A stretch of DNA of 30,780 bases. Source: a virus (lineage: Duplodnaviria; Caudoviricetes). Location of the stretch: positions 1 to 30,780 of the IMG/VR virus record IMGVR_UViG_3300011338_000680, one strand, 5' to 3'. Below, piece after piece: positions 17,535-26,027 of this stretch (within the stretch, counting starts at the first letter, position 1; each line of letters opens with the position of its first letter). The notes beneath the pieces are model-generated. The model made no database searches and was not told where the DNA came from. It worked only from the letters and a program-made list of their open reading frames with translations. The position numbers and the translations under genes were made by a program.

Positions 17535-18068
17535 ATGTCTACCAAGAACGTTCTCGCCAACTCGGCCTACTTCGCCTCTGCTCTTACTTCCATCGAGCCT
17601 CTCATCAACGCCCTGAACATGGACGTTGGAGAAGGCGATCAGGATACGGGTCACGAACGCCCAAGCCAGAAGGACATCGGCATCCGGATTATCCTCGGTG
17701 GTATCTGTCAGGTGATCCACAACCAACTTTATGGTGACTACACCACAAGCACTGGTTCCAAGGTTCCGAATGTCTACCGTCGCTTCATGGATTCGGAAGA
17801 ACAAGTCGGCTCCAAGGAATTCCAGGAACGAGCCGAAAATGGTGTACTCTCCAACGCCGACATGAAGGCGCTCGACTGGTACGCCAAGAACGAAGCTCGC
17901 TTCAACTGGCTCTCCGAAATGGACAACGTCTACAAGGAACTCTACCAGCAGGCAACCGGCGAAACCTGGAAGCCCTACGAACGCAAGGCGACCGAGTCCA
18001 AGCTCGACGACAAGCGTAAGGCACTTCTGGCTCGCATCAAGAGCGAGAAGGAAGTCGCTGCTGCCTAA
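17535..18068 (+). CDS. Early hypothetical protein, probably highly expressed
   Basis: RBS AAGGA. Strong C-ending/AAG codon bias like the capsid gene. 177 aa. Confidence 0.85.
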   Translation: MSTKNVLANSAYFASALTSIEPLINALNMDVGEGDQDTGHERPSQKDIGIRIILGGICQVIHNQLYGDYTTSTGSKVPNVYRRFMDSEEQVGSKEFQERAENGVLSNADMKALDWYAKNEARFNWLSEMDNVYKELYQQATGETWKPYERKATESKLDDKRKALLARIKSEKEVAAA

Positions 18069-18090
18069 TCCCTCCTACGAGAGGTGACTA

Positions 18091-18177
18091 GTGACCTGAG
18101 CAAGTCACGACACAAAAACTGCTCACCTAATTCAATTATGACCTGAGCAAGTCATGATTATCAATAAACTGCTCACC
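18091..18177 (+). repeat. Two tandem H-type pseudoknot repeats
   Basis: GTGAC-CTGAGCAA-GTCAC...AAACTGCTCACC and ATGAC-CTGAGCAA-GTCAT...AAACTGCTCACC. Loop TGAGCA is complementary to downstream TGCTCA. Confidence 0.8.
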
Positions 18178-18182
18178 CTTTT

Positions 18183-18256
18183 GGGAGCGTAGTCCAAGTA
18201 GAGACGGCTCGACAAGAGACGCAATGTGTTGGTATCAAATCCAACCGCTCCCACCA
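18183..18256 (+). tRNA. Atypical tRNA / tRNA-like RNA, anticodon not confidently assignable (possibly CAA)
   Basis: Acceptor stem GGGAGCG/CGCTCCC + A + CCA, D stem GTC/GAC, T stem GTTGG/CCAAC. T loop TATCAAAT (8 nt) and the anticodon arm are non-canonical. Confidence 0.7.
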
Positions 18257-18431
18257 AATTAGATAATACCGCTTGACGGCTTAGGCTAGCTACCCGTCAG
18301 GTAGTAAAAGACCAGGATACCGGAAGCGTCCTGGCGCTCTCATAAGGAGTCCAAACCACTTCCATCGTTTTTGACCAGGGAAGACTAGGGCAAACACCCT
18401 TCCTATCATAAACACCACATGAGACCTTCCT

Positions 18432-18704
18432 ATGCCATTCAAATCATGGATCTCAACACAAAACCCCAGAATCACAACCACAAATACTCCAATCGACCCT
18501 TGGGCACCAGGTAAAAAAATAAAATACAAAATTGCCGATTTAGGAATTGGAACAATAACAACTTTTGAAGATGCTAAAACAAAATGGGGACAAAGTATAG
18601 TAAATAACTACGGCGATGAAACAGTTTGGGCTTATTGGACCAATGCTAACGAAAGCCGTCCATTACAAACTCCCCGTAACCGTCTAATTCCCCTGCGCAC
18701 CTGA
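18432..18704 (+). CDS. Hypothetical protein
   Basis: 90-aa ATG ORF, A-rich codon usage like neighbouring genes. Its TGA stop lies in pseudoknot copy 3. Confidence 0.6.
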   Translation: MPFKSWISTQNPRITTTNTPIDPWAPGKKIKYKIADLGIGTITTFEDAKTKWGQSIVNNYGDETVWAYWTNANESRPLQTPRNRLIPLRT

Positions 18705-18838
18705 GCAAGTGCAAACAACTTAAGCTATAAACTAAGCCTAACTCCCGTTTGCGGCAAAGTACCACCCTCGGGTGAGAAACACCTATAGTACGGGTAAGAG
18801 CGACCATTGACGCTGAGTTGCAGAAAAAACTGCTCACC
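18697..18838 (+). ncRNA. Third pseudoknot copy with an inserted structured domain (motif copy B)
   Basis: GCAC-CTGAGCAA-GTGC (18697-18712) ... AAACTGCTCACC (18827-18838), enclosing a domain closed by CAACTTAAGC/GCTGAGTTG. Confidence 0.6.
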
Positions 18839-18874
18839 TAATTCATCATAAGTAGCATAAACGGATCTCACATC

Positions 18875-19615
18875 GTGAAGAAACTCGTCTCTAAAACCTC
18901 CTTTCCAATTTACGATACACAAATTCCTTGCAACATCCTCATGGGATGGGAATATGAAATCGACGATCCAAAAATACGCACTACCGATACATGGAATCGT
19001 CAAATAAATAGAATCAAAACTGCCTTTGGTCCTATAGGACACGAGCTCCAATTTCGTTGTGATGGTGGACATTACAATGAAAAAACAAGAATAATGACTC
19101 ACGGTATCGAAGTCTGCTCTCCAGTAGCACCACTCTTCCTATTGAAACATTGGGCTACACAACTCAAACCATTTACTGATAAAGCCAAACATCACAATGG
19201 CAACCACAACAACGGTGGCATCCACATCAATATCTCTAAAACAGCCTTCACAGCCAAACAATGGCCAAAAGTAAAAGAGTTTCTTCACAACACAAAGAAC
19301 TACCACCTTCTCTTTCAACTCTCTGATCGCCAGCAACAAAAATTCAACCTCAACGCCCCTCAAAATTTGATTACCTGTGAATTTAGCAAATACGGAATTA
19401 TTACAGCTACTAAGACCTACGCCTACGAACTCCGTATGTTCGGGGCTCACTCAAATACCTTCCTTCCAGCACTTGAATTTGCTGATGCTCTCTTCCGATT
19501 TGCAGCCACTGTCAAAATAATCACCCCAGACGGCTTCTTCACCTGGGTAGATCAACACAAAAAGTACCAAATCCTTTCAGCCTATATCCATCAGAAGTTG
19601 GCCGATACCAAATGA
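18875..19615 (+). CDS. Amidoligase (glutamine synthetase-like COOH-NH2 ligase)
   Basis: Ordered motifs GWEYEI, CDGG, GIEVCSP, GGIHINIS, YELRMF. Confidence 0.8.
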   Translation: MKKLVSKTSFPIYDTQIPCNILMGWEYEIDDPKIRTTDTWNRQINRIKTAFGPIGHELQFRCDGGHYNEKTRIMTHGIEVCSPVAPLFLLKHWATQLKPFTDKAKHHNGNHNNGGIHINISKTAFTAKQWPKVKEFLHNTKNYHLLFQLSDRQQQKFNLNAPQNLITCEFSKYGIITATKTYAYELRMFGAHSNTFLPALEFADALFRFAATVKIITPDGFFTWVDQHKKYQILSAYIHQKLADTK

Positions 19616-20571
19616 CCTTTCGATTCATCATCAGGCCAGCATCGATTCGTACCACTCCCCGTCTGCTCAAAGAAGCCCTGGGAGCTGAACGAACTCTTCG
19701 TTGGCCTGGCCCGTCTAGAGTAAAACCCAGTTACCAAAAAGATTTCTTCCTTACTTATCCACCAATCGAAGAGCTAGAAGAATATGCCCAGAGTTTTGGT
19801 TCAAATGCCCGATGGAATGGAAGTAATACGCGGAGTGTACTCCGAGAGGGACATTCAAACCTTCCTCAATGCTCATTGGATAGTTACGCCTCTGCCCGAA
19901 CCTTCGCCAGCTCCACCAAACCCCTACAGAGACGTATACTCGCAGACTCAGGGTACCCAATACCCTGGACCTCAACAGTCCGCCGCAACATCACCTCAAT
20001 GGACGGACAGCAGACTTCTCAATCCTTTGGTAATCCCCGATATCCCTCTACCCCAGGGTTTATACTGGGCATGGAACAGCCACAACAATCGGTGGAACCA
20101 AATGATGTCGGCTCCTACATCGTCAGGCCCCTCAGGCACACAAGAGGTCAGGGCTGGCGTCTCACCAGCTCTCCGACAGACTTTGAAGAGGGACGGGAAT
20201 ACATTCAAGAAATTTATCCAAAAAACCATGAATACCGGGTAATCGCTGTTCGTGGTATGCCCTTAGTCACACTCTACAAGCGACGACCTGAAGGAACCCC
20301 TCACGATCAACCTTGGAACCACACCAATGGATCTTCGTTTGTTACTGTTTCTAATCCCGATAATGATCGTCTACGATACACTGACGTATACGAGAAAATA
20401 AAATCCACTGATCTCTTCAAGAGTCTAGATCTTATCGGTCTCGACATAATGATTGCAAGTCGTGGTCAATACGTAGTTACCGAAGTCAACTTGTGCCCTG
20501 CAGTGACACTAGAACACAATCTCCAAAGGATCAAAGCTCATGTCGATTCTGATTCGTTCGTCTCTCGATAG
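19612..20571 (+). CDS. ATP-grasp peptide ligase-like protein
   Basis: K..QR..L...G.PIPWT, IVRPLRHTRGQG, EYIQE, EYRV, WNH.NG, IGLDIM, VTEVNLCP. ATGA-coupled to the upstream gene. Confidence 0.8.
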   Translation: MTFRFIIRPASIRTTPRLLKEALGAERTLRWPGPSRVKPSYQKDFFLTYPPIEELEEYAQSFGSNARWNGSNTRSVLREGHSNLPQCSLDSYASARTFASSTKPLQRRILADSGYPIPWTSTVRRNITSMDGQQTSQSFGNPRYPSTPGFILGMEQPQQSVEPNDVGSYIVRPLRHTRGQGWRLTSSPTDFEEGREYIQEIYPKNHEYRVIAVRGMPLVTLYKRRPEGTPHDQPWNHTNGSSFVTVSNPDNDRLRYTDVYEKIKSTDLFKSLDLIGLDIMIASRGQYVVTEVNLCPAVTLEHNLQRIKAHVDSDSFVSR

Positions 20572-22306
20572 CTCCGAATACGTTTCTCTTCCTAATCTTA
20601 TTGATGTATTCAATCCAACCAAGCATCGTTGCTGGAACAATGGGTTTACTGTTAATCGTGTCACCGCTGGACAGTGGCGGTCCATCATGCAGTGTTTTTG
20701 GACCAGAGAAAACATCAACAATATGGACGAGTTTTATCGTCCAGTAGTTTTTGATTCATTGCTAATAACTCCTAGCACTGAACTTGTCACGATTATTTCT
20801 GAAACAGTTCGGCTTCTACCTGACGATGCCCTGTGGTTCTTTAACTTCTGTAAAGTCACTCGACGTGGTGGAAATTGCCGACTGGAGACGATTAATTGGT
20901 CTAACTTTAGCCATGACAACCAATTCTCATTTGGTTGGGACATAGTTACTTCAAACCACTCAAACGCTACAGACCTCGCGGCCAAAATTTTGGAAACCGC
21001 AAACCACTTTAATACCTTTGTTAACCAAAACCAAGATAAACGGTGTTACGACTGGCTCAGGAGCGTGTTCAACTGTGCAAACCTCTTTTTTACAATGTGT
21101 ACTGGTGGCGAATACGCCAACAGCAATCGAGAAAGATATAACGCAGAGAATCTGCGTAGAGAATTGCTAGTTAATACTGAAGCAACACTTTCTTTCAATC
21201 GTAATTTAAGCTCACTAACTGTTACAATTCCAATCACCTACGCAAATCGTAACCAACTTTACAGTATTTTTCCGTACTCTACCGACATCACTACCATGAT
21301 TCCCGGCAAGAAGAAGTTGCCAACCGAAGGCACCCCGATTCATGTAGGTGTAGAACTGGAAGTATCTACCGATTACGATGTAGCTCACTTGATTGATGCT
21401 TCCGCAGAACTCTTCTTCATTGCTAAACAGGACTCGTCTATCACTGGCAAGAAACTAAACCGTATGGAACTGGTTACAGTTCCAGCATCGTTTAAATACC
21501 TAAAGAAACAATACGCTCACTGGTTTAACAATCTTGATTATCGTAATTTCGACTGTACTACTGAAACCAATAATGGAATGCACGTCCACATCGATAGGCT
21601 CGCATTTGATGACGACTACCATATCCGTAACTTCTGCTGGTTCATCAATAATCCTGCGAATACTCCATTCATTGTAGCCATGTCTGACCGTGGTTCTCTG
21701 GAGGCTATGAGGAACTACACACCCTTCCTTCAGTTTCCCAATAACAGCTCCAGAACTACAGCTTTCAAAAGCTGCCACAGGCTACTAGATGGGCATCGTG
21801 GAGCTACCAATCTCAAAAACGGATGGGCAAACGCCAAGACGGTAGAGGTTCGTATCTTCCGAGGCATCGTCAGCTACGCTGCCATTGTCAAAAATCTGGA
21901 ATTCGTCGAGTCTTTGTTTCACTTCACTCAGAGCTTGCGCAGCTACCGTGAACTGTCTCTTGGTTACTACATCAAATGGCTGTTCAACACTCCTCCCAAC
22001 AAGTACTCAATTCTGAAGAAGTTCATCCAGAGTCATGACCTTGATCGATTCCTGCTTGTTGCAGACATCAAGGATCTCATCTTTAACGAAACCGACCCTG
22101 AAAAAATCGCAAAGATTTTGATGGGGAGTAAGCTTCATATCACTAACGACCATATCACCTATCTAAACCGTGGTCGTAAACGTACCTTCACCCTGAATAA
22201 GGACACAGGCCAGATCAATGTAATCAAGACTAATATCTTTAAACTCGCTGACCTTGACATTGACTTGGCCAAACGCATCAGCGGCAACGTAACACGAGCC
22301 GCTTAA
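20540..22306 (+). CDS. Second amidoligase with a long N-terminal extension
   Basis: C-terminal half has VGVELEV, KQDSSI, MELVTVP, NNGMHVHI and TVEVRIFRG. Confidence 0.85.
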   Translation: MSILIRSSLDSSEYVSLPNLIDVFNPTKHRCWNNGFTVNRVTAGQWRSIMQCFWTRENINNMDEFYRPVVFDSLLITPSTELVTIISETVRLLPDDALWFFNFCKVTRRGGNCRLETINWSNFSHDNQFSFGWDIVTSNHSNATDLAAKILETANHFNTFVNQNQDKRCYDWLRSVFNCANLFFTMCTGGEYANSNRERYNAENLRRELLVNTEATLSFNRNLSSLTVTIPITYANRNQLYSIFPYSTDITTMIPGKKKLPTEGTPIHVGVELEVSTDYDVAHLIDASAELFFIAKQDSSITGKKLNRMELVTVPASFKYLKKQYAHWFNNLDYRNFDCTTETNNGMHVHIDRLAFDDDYHIRNFCWFINNPANTPFIVAMSDRGSLEAMRNYTPFLQFPNNSSRTTAFKSCHRLLDGHRGATNLKNGWANAKTVEVRIFRGIVSYAAIVKNLEFVESLFHFTQSLRSYRELSLGYYIKWLFNTPPNKYSILKKFIQSHDLDRFLLVADIKDLIFNETDPEKIAKILMGSKLHITNDHITYLNRGRKRTFTLNKDTGQINVIKTNIFKLADLDIDLAKRISGNVTRAA

Positions 22307-22345
22307 CCACCACTTTATCCTAGATTAAAAAGGAAATCTACCTTC

Positions 22346-23589
22346 ATGTGTGTTATCATCGTCCGTAATCCAGGCATCGAGATCGATCCTGAAAAGATCA
22401 GCTCAGCTTGTGAAGTCAACCCACATGGCTTTGGCGTCTCCATCGTAGACCGAGGAAAGCTTGAGACAATCAAGTATTTCAACGAAAAGGGAAATGACGC
22501 CAAAGAACTATTGACAATTTTGGACCAGGAAAAAGATAATCTTGTCTTTGCCCATCTTCGCTTCTCTACCAAAGGTGCCAAGAACCAAGACAATTGTCAT
22601 CCATTTCGCATCTTCCAAGATGGTATCATGAGGCTTACCTCATGCACAACGGAACTATCTCAAGCTTCGGCAACGATACAATCTCCGATAGCCGTGAATT
22701 TGCAGAAGAAATTCTCGCACCTTTGACAGAAGCTTTCTTTGAAATTGATGATTTAAACGTTTTCGACAACAAGACATACCAAGCTATCGTCGAAAAGTAC
22801 CGTCCAGGCGGTTCAGTCTTTACACTCTACGATTCCCAAGGCAAATACCTGAACTTGGGTTCTGGTGTTCAGTATGACGGTTGGTGGGCGTCTAACACCT
22901 ATTCGTTCAACCGAACTCATCGAACTTCCAACAATAACAATTCAACTTACTACTACACCTCTTCTGAAACCAACGATACCAATCCGTGGGGCTCATCCCA
23001 CGATAAAACACTCAACAAACATTTTGAAAAAACCCCACAATGGCGTCTAGGTGACTATTACAATAGTTTCAAAGGTGAATGGGGCCGTTGGAATGCTTCT
23101 CATTGGAGCCCCAACATTCCTCTTTCTAAGCTAGACAAACGTACTACGCATTGGGTGAAGACGGAGGTGAAGACGAAGGAAACGGGAAAGCACCTCACCA
23201 TCGTCCAAAATACCGACGCAAAGACGTCTTCTACAAACGCAACCATCGCAAACGCTAACTCAAAGAATATAATGGCTCAACTAAAAGAAGACTGTGCCGC
23301 TATTGGTCAAGCTATCCACCACGCTAAGAAGTCTAACCTCGATCCTGCTGAACTCACCCCTCCTGAAAAGCGAATGACATTTGCTGAATTTGCAGAGCTC
23401 AACAGTCTTGAAGATGTCAACGTTCTTGATGAAGAACAGTTGTATGAACTTGCTGAACGATGGCCTCTCGCCACTACAATGCTCCTCATGGATTTGATCC
23501 ATGCTCTTTACACCAAGAAGATTCATGACAACATTCGAGCTGCCGGTGAACAGCAGCAAGATGAACAAAAAAAGGTTATCAATCAGTGA
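22346..23589 (+). CDS. Class II (Ntn) glutamine amidotransferase, split by a 1-nt frameshift near 22624-22625
   Basis: MC start (Cys2), NPHGFG, AHLRFSTKG and NCHPF in frame 1, then MHNG and SDSREF in the next frame. One inserted base (GGT -AT CAT GAG) gives a protein of about 414 aa. Confidence 0.85.
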
Positions 23590-24227
23590 CTATTAGAGAC
23601 TTATTCCGACATACCCCTGCCTCTCCTAATCCTGTTACTGACTTCTGCTGGAGGGGAGAAAGCGACTATGCCGATTGTGAAGACCTGACCAAATTCATGG
23701 CCTACGCAACTGAACAAGGGGCATACACCCAGGATCTTCCAGACCTTATGAAGCAGGAACGCCAACTCATCTTTGCCTATGGCACTCTTCGAGAGGGCTT
23801 TCTTCGTCATCAAACTTTGAAGCACCAGAAATTCATCGGATATGGTTCTACAGATAATCGTTACAACATGTTCATTACTAAAAACCACAAGGCCCCGTAC
23901 CCTGTGGTTATGCTTGAAGGCCGAGCAGACAAGGTGGGTTCAATCTTCGGTGAAGTCTACTCAGTAGTTCCGAGTTGTTTGCAGGCGCTCGACTACCTTG
24001 AAAGCAATGGGTCGATCTACAAAAGGCACCTCACGGCCATCCACATCGGCAACAAAGACGGTTCAGTAAAGACTCTCTACGCTTGGATGTACAAAGGTAT
24101 GAGGTCCTTCTGGGGCTCTCGTCAGTCCATGCTTGCCCAGGTTGAGCCTTGTACTACAAAGAACAGTGAAAAGGACCGTCGTTACTACATGTTTCGTCAT
24201 TCTGATATTGCCAAGGTCACAGCTTAA
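23586..24227 (+). CDS. Gamma-glutamylcyclotransferase (AIG2-like)
   Basis: IFAYGTLREG, GEVYSV, LDYLES...YKR, AWMY. Confidence 0.88.
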   Translation: MTIRDLFRHTPASPNPVTDFCWRGESDYADCEDLTKFMAYATEQGAYTQDLPDLMKQERQLIFAYGTLREGFLRHQTLKHQKFIGYGSTDNRYNMFITKNHKAPYPVVMLEGRADKVGSIFGEVYSVVPSCLQALDYLESNGSIYKRHLTAIHIGNKDGSVKTLYAWMYKGMRSFWGSRQSMLAQVEPCTTKNSEKDRRYYMFRHSDIAKVTA

Positions 24228-24241
24228 ATAAAGAAGTTATT

Positions 24242-24481
24242 ATGTCTAGATGTACAATTTGTGATTACCTCCAAGGTTATGGTTCTGAACTACACGACAT
24301 TCCAAACCGATGGAACAAACGTGTCAAATGGAGATTGAAGTTTAACGAATACCAATGTGATGATTGTTACAATGAGATCAAAGGACTGGAATGGGAAGAA
24401 CGAGAGTTCAACGAAACAATCAATCCTAAACAAGAAGATCATTCTCTACCGCCAACCTTGTCCCCACTGCCAATCGAGTGA
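24242..24481 (+). CDS. Small Zn-finger-like protein
   Basis: CTIC...CDDC. The 3' part overlaps the primase N-terminus. Confidence 0.6.
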   Translation: MSRCTICDYLQGYGSELHDIPNRWNKRVKWRLKFNEYQCDDCYNEIKGLEWEEREFNETINPKQEDHSLPPTLSPLPIE

Positions 24482-26027
24482 CGCCTACCATGTTTATGCT
24501 GATGGTCATGGTCATTGTTTTAGTTGTACTGTTACTGACAAACAAGCGCCATTAGAATATTTCGAGAATTTACCTGAGGTTAGGACACTTCCTATCATAA
24601 ATGAAATGACAACCATAGACCCAACTTCCTACTCCTACCAATACATCCCTCTCAGAGCAATCACAAAAGAAACTATGGTCGCCTACAATGTCCAAACTAA
24701 AGTGGACAACGAAGGCAAACCTCTAGAAATTGCATTCCCATATAGCTCAGATGCTCTCAAAATTCGAAAGATTGACGAAAAAATCTTCTACTCGAAAGGA
24801 GATATGAAAAGTGCAACCCTCTTTGGTAAAGACAAATTCTCCAAAGGCTCAGCCAGAAGTATCACAATCACAGAAGGTGAGTTCGACGCGCTTTCCGTAT
24901 ATCAAATGCTTGGGAGCGCATACCCAGCTGTCTCAGTCCGCTCTGCGTCTTCTGCAACAGCAGATTGCAAACACGAGTGGGAATACCTAAACTCCTTTGA
25001 AAAAATCTACCTCTGTTTTGACAATGACGAACCAGGTAAAAAGGCAAAAGCTAGTGTAGCTCGTCTCTTTGATTTCAATAAAATCTATGATGTAGACCTA
25101 AGCCAATACAAAGACGCCAACGCTTATCTTGAGGCAGGTGAAACGGATGTCTTCCGTCGCATCTGGTGGAACGCCAAACGTTTCCTTCCAGAAGGTATCC
25201 TGTCTTCTTTCTCTGAATTCAATAGTATTATTGATACGGAAAAGAAGAAAGATGCAGTCGCTTACCCTTTTCCGACTGTTCAGGAGATGACCTACGGCAT
25301 CCGCACTGGGGAGGTGGTGCTTATAACAGCTATGGAGGGTATCGGAAAAACCGAAATCATTCGAGCTATCGAGTACCACCTCCTCAAAATCACAGAAGAT
25401 AATATTGGAGTTATCCACCTTGAAGAAGACAAAGAGAGACTACTTAAAGGGCTGGCAGGATACGAGCTTAAGCAGCCCGCCCATCTCCCAGATGTTCCTG
25501 TCTCTCGTGAAGAAATCAAAGAAGCACTTCATAAAACTATTAGAATTGATAATCGACTACACATCTATAATCATTTTGGCTCTGATGATCCTGATGTTAT
25601 TCTTGATATCATTCGTTTTCTTGTTGCCAGTTGTAATTGTCGATATGTATTTTTCGACCACATCACTATGGCAGTGTCTGGTCTCGGCGATGAAGACGAA
25701 AGAAAAGCCTTAGACTATATTTCTACCCGTCTAGCCATGATGGTAAAGGAACTAGATTTCGCACTCATTCTTGTCAGTCATGTCAATGATGAAGGTAAGA
25801 CTCGCGGTTCAAGAAATATCTCTAAGATCGCGGATTGCTGGATTCATCTGGACCGAGACCAGCAAGCTTCAACAGAAGAGCAGCGGAACACTACTTATCT
25901 TACATTTAGAAAAAACAGATTCGGAGCGCGCACAGGTCCAGGAGGTAAATTACTTTTTGATATCTCAACCTTCATGATTGAGGAAGCTGATCCTCAGAAA
26001 ATGTCTCTCCCACCGGTAAATCCATGA
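24357..26027 (+). CDS. Primase-helicase (T7 gp4-like); start uncertain
   Basis: Zn ribbon PCPHCQSSDA...HCFSC, TOPRIM ITEGEFDAL / CFDND, SF4 helicase AMEGIGKT, FFDHI, VSHV, RGS, KNRFG. Confidence 0.95.
   Translation: MMIVTMRSKDWNGKNESSTKQSILNKKIILYRQPCPHCQSSDAYHVYADGHGHCFSCTVTDKQAPLEYFENLPEVRTLPIINEMTTIDPTSYSYQYIPLRAITKETMVAYNVQTKVDNEGKPLEIAFPYSSDALKIRKIDEKIFYSKGDMKSATLFGKDKFSKGSARSITITEGEFDALSVYQMLGSAYPAVSVRSASSATADCKHEWEYLNSFEKIYLCFDNDEPGKKAKASVARLFDFNKIYDVDLSQYKDANAYLEAGETDVFRRIWWNAKRFLPEGILSSFSEFNSIIDTEKKKDAVAYPFPTVQEMTYGIRTGEVVLITAMEGIGKTEIIRAIEYHLLKITEDNIGVIHLEEDKERLLKGLAGYELKQPAHLPDVPVSREEIKEALHKTIRIDNRLHIYNHFGSDDPDVILDIIRFLVASCNCRYVFFDHITMAVSGLGDEDERKALDYISTRLAMMVKELDFALILVSHVNDEGKTRGSRNISKIADCWIHLDRDQQASTEEQRNTTYLTFRKNRFGARTGPGGKLLFDISTFMIEEADPQKMSLPPVNP

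Noticed and set aside
18091-18177. Mini CRISPR array
   Set aside because: Repeats are bipartite with linkers of only about 10 nt, show stem covariation, and no cas genes are present.
18091-18838. Hammerhead or pistol ribozyme identity for the CTGAGCAA repeats
   Set aside because: No CUGANGA/GAAA core, and pistol P2/P3 stems and cleavage junction are missing.
18399-24601. CTTCCTATCATAAA at 18399 and 24588 as a phage-specific promoter
   Set aside because: Only two copies. A 14-mer match is roughly expected by chance in 30 kb, and there is no consistent -35 element.
24606-26027. T7 gp4B-like internal start at MTTIDP
   Set aside because: The Met lies after the Zn finger but has no properly spaced SD, so it cannot be supported.
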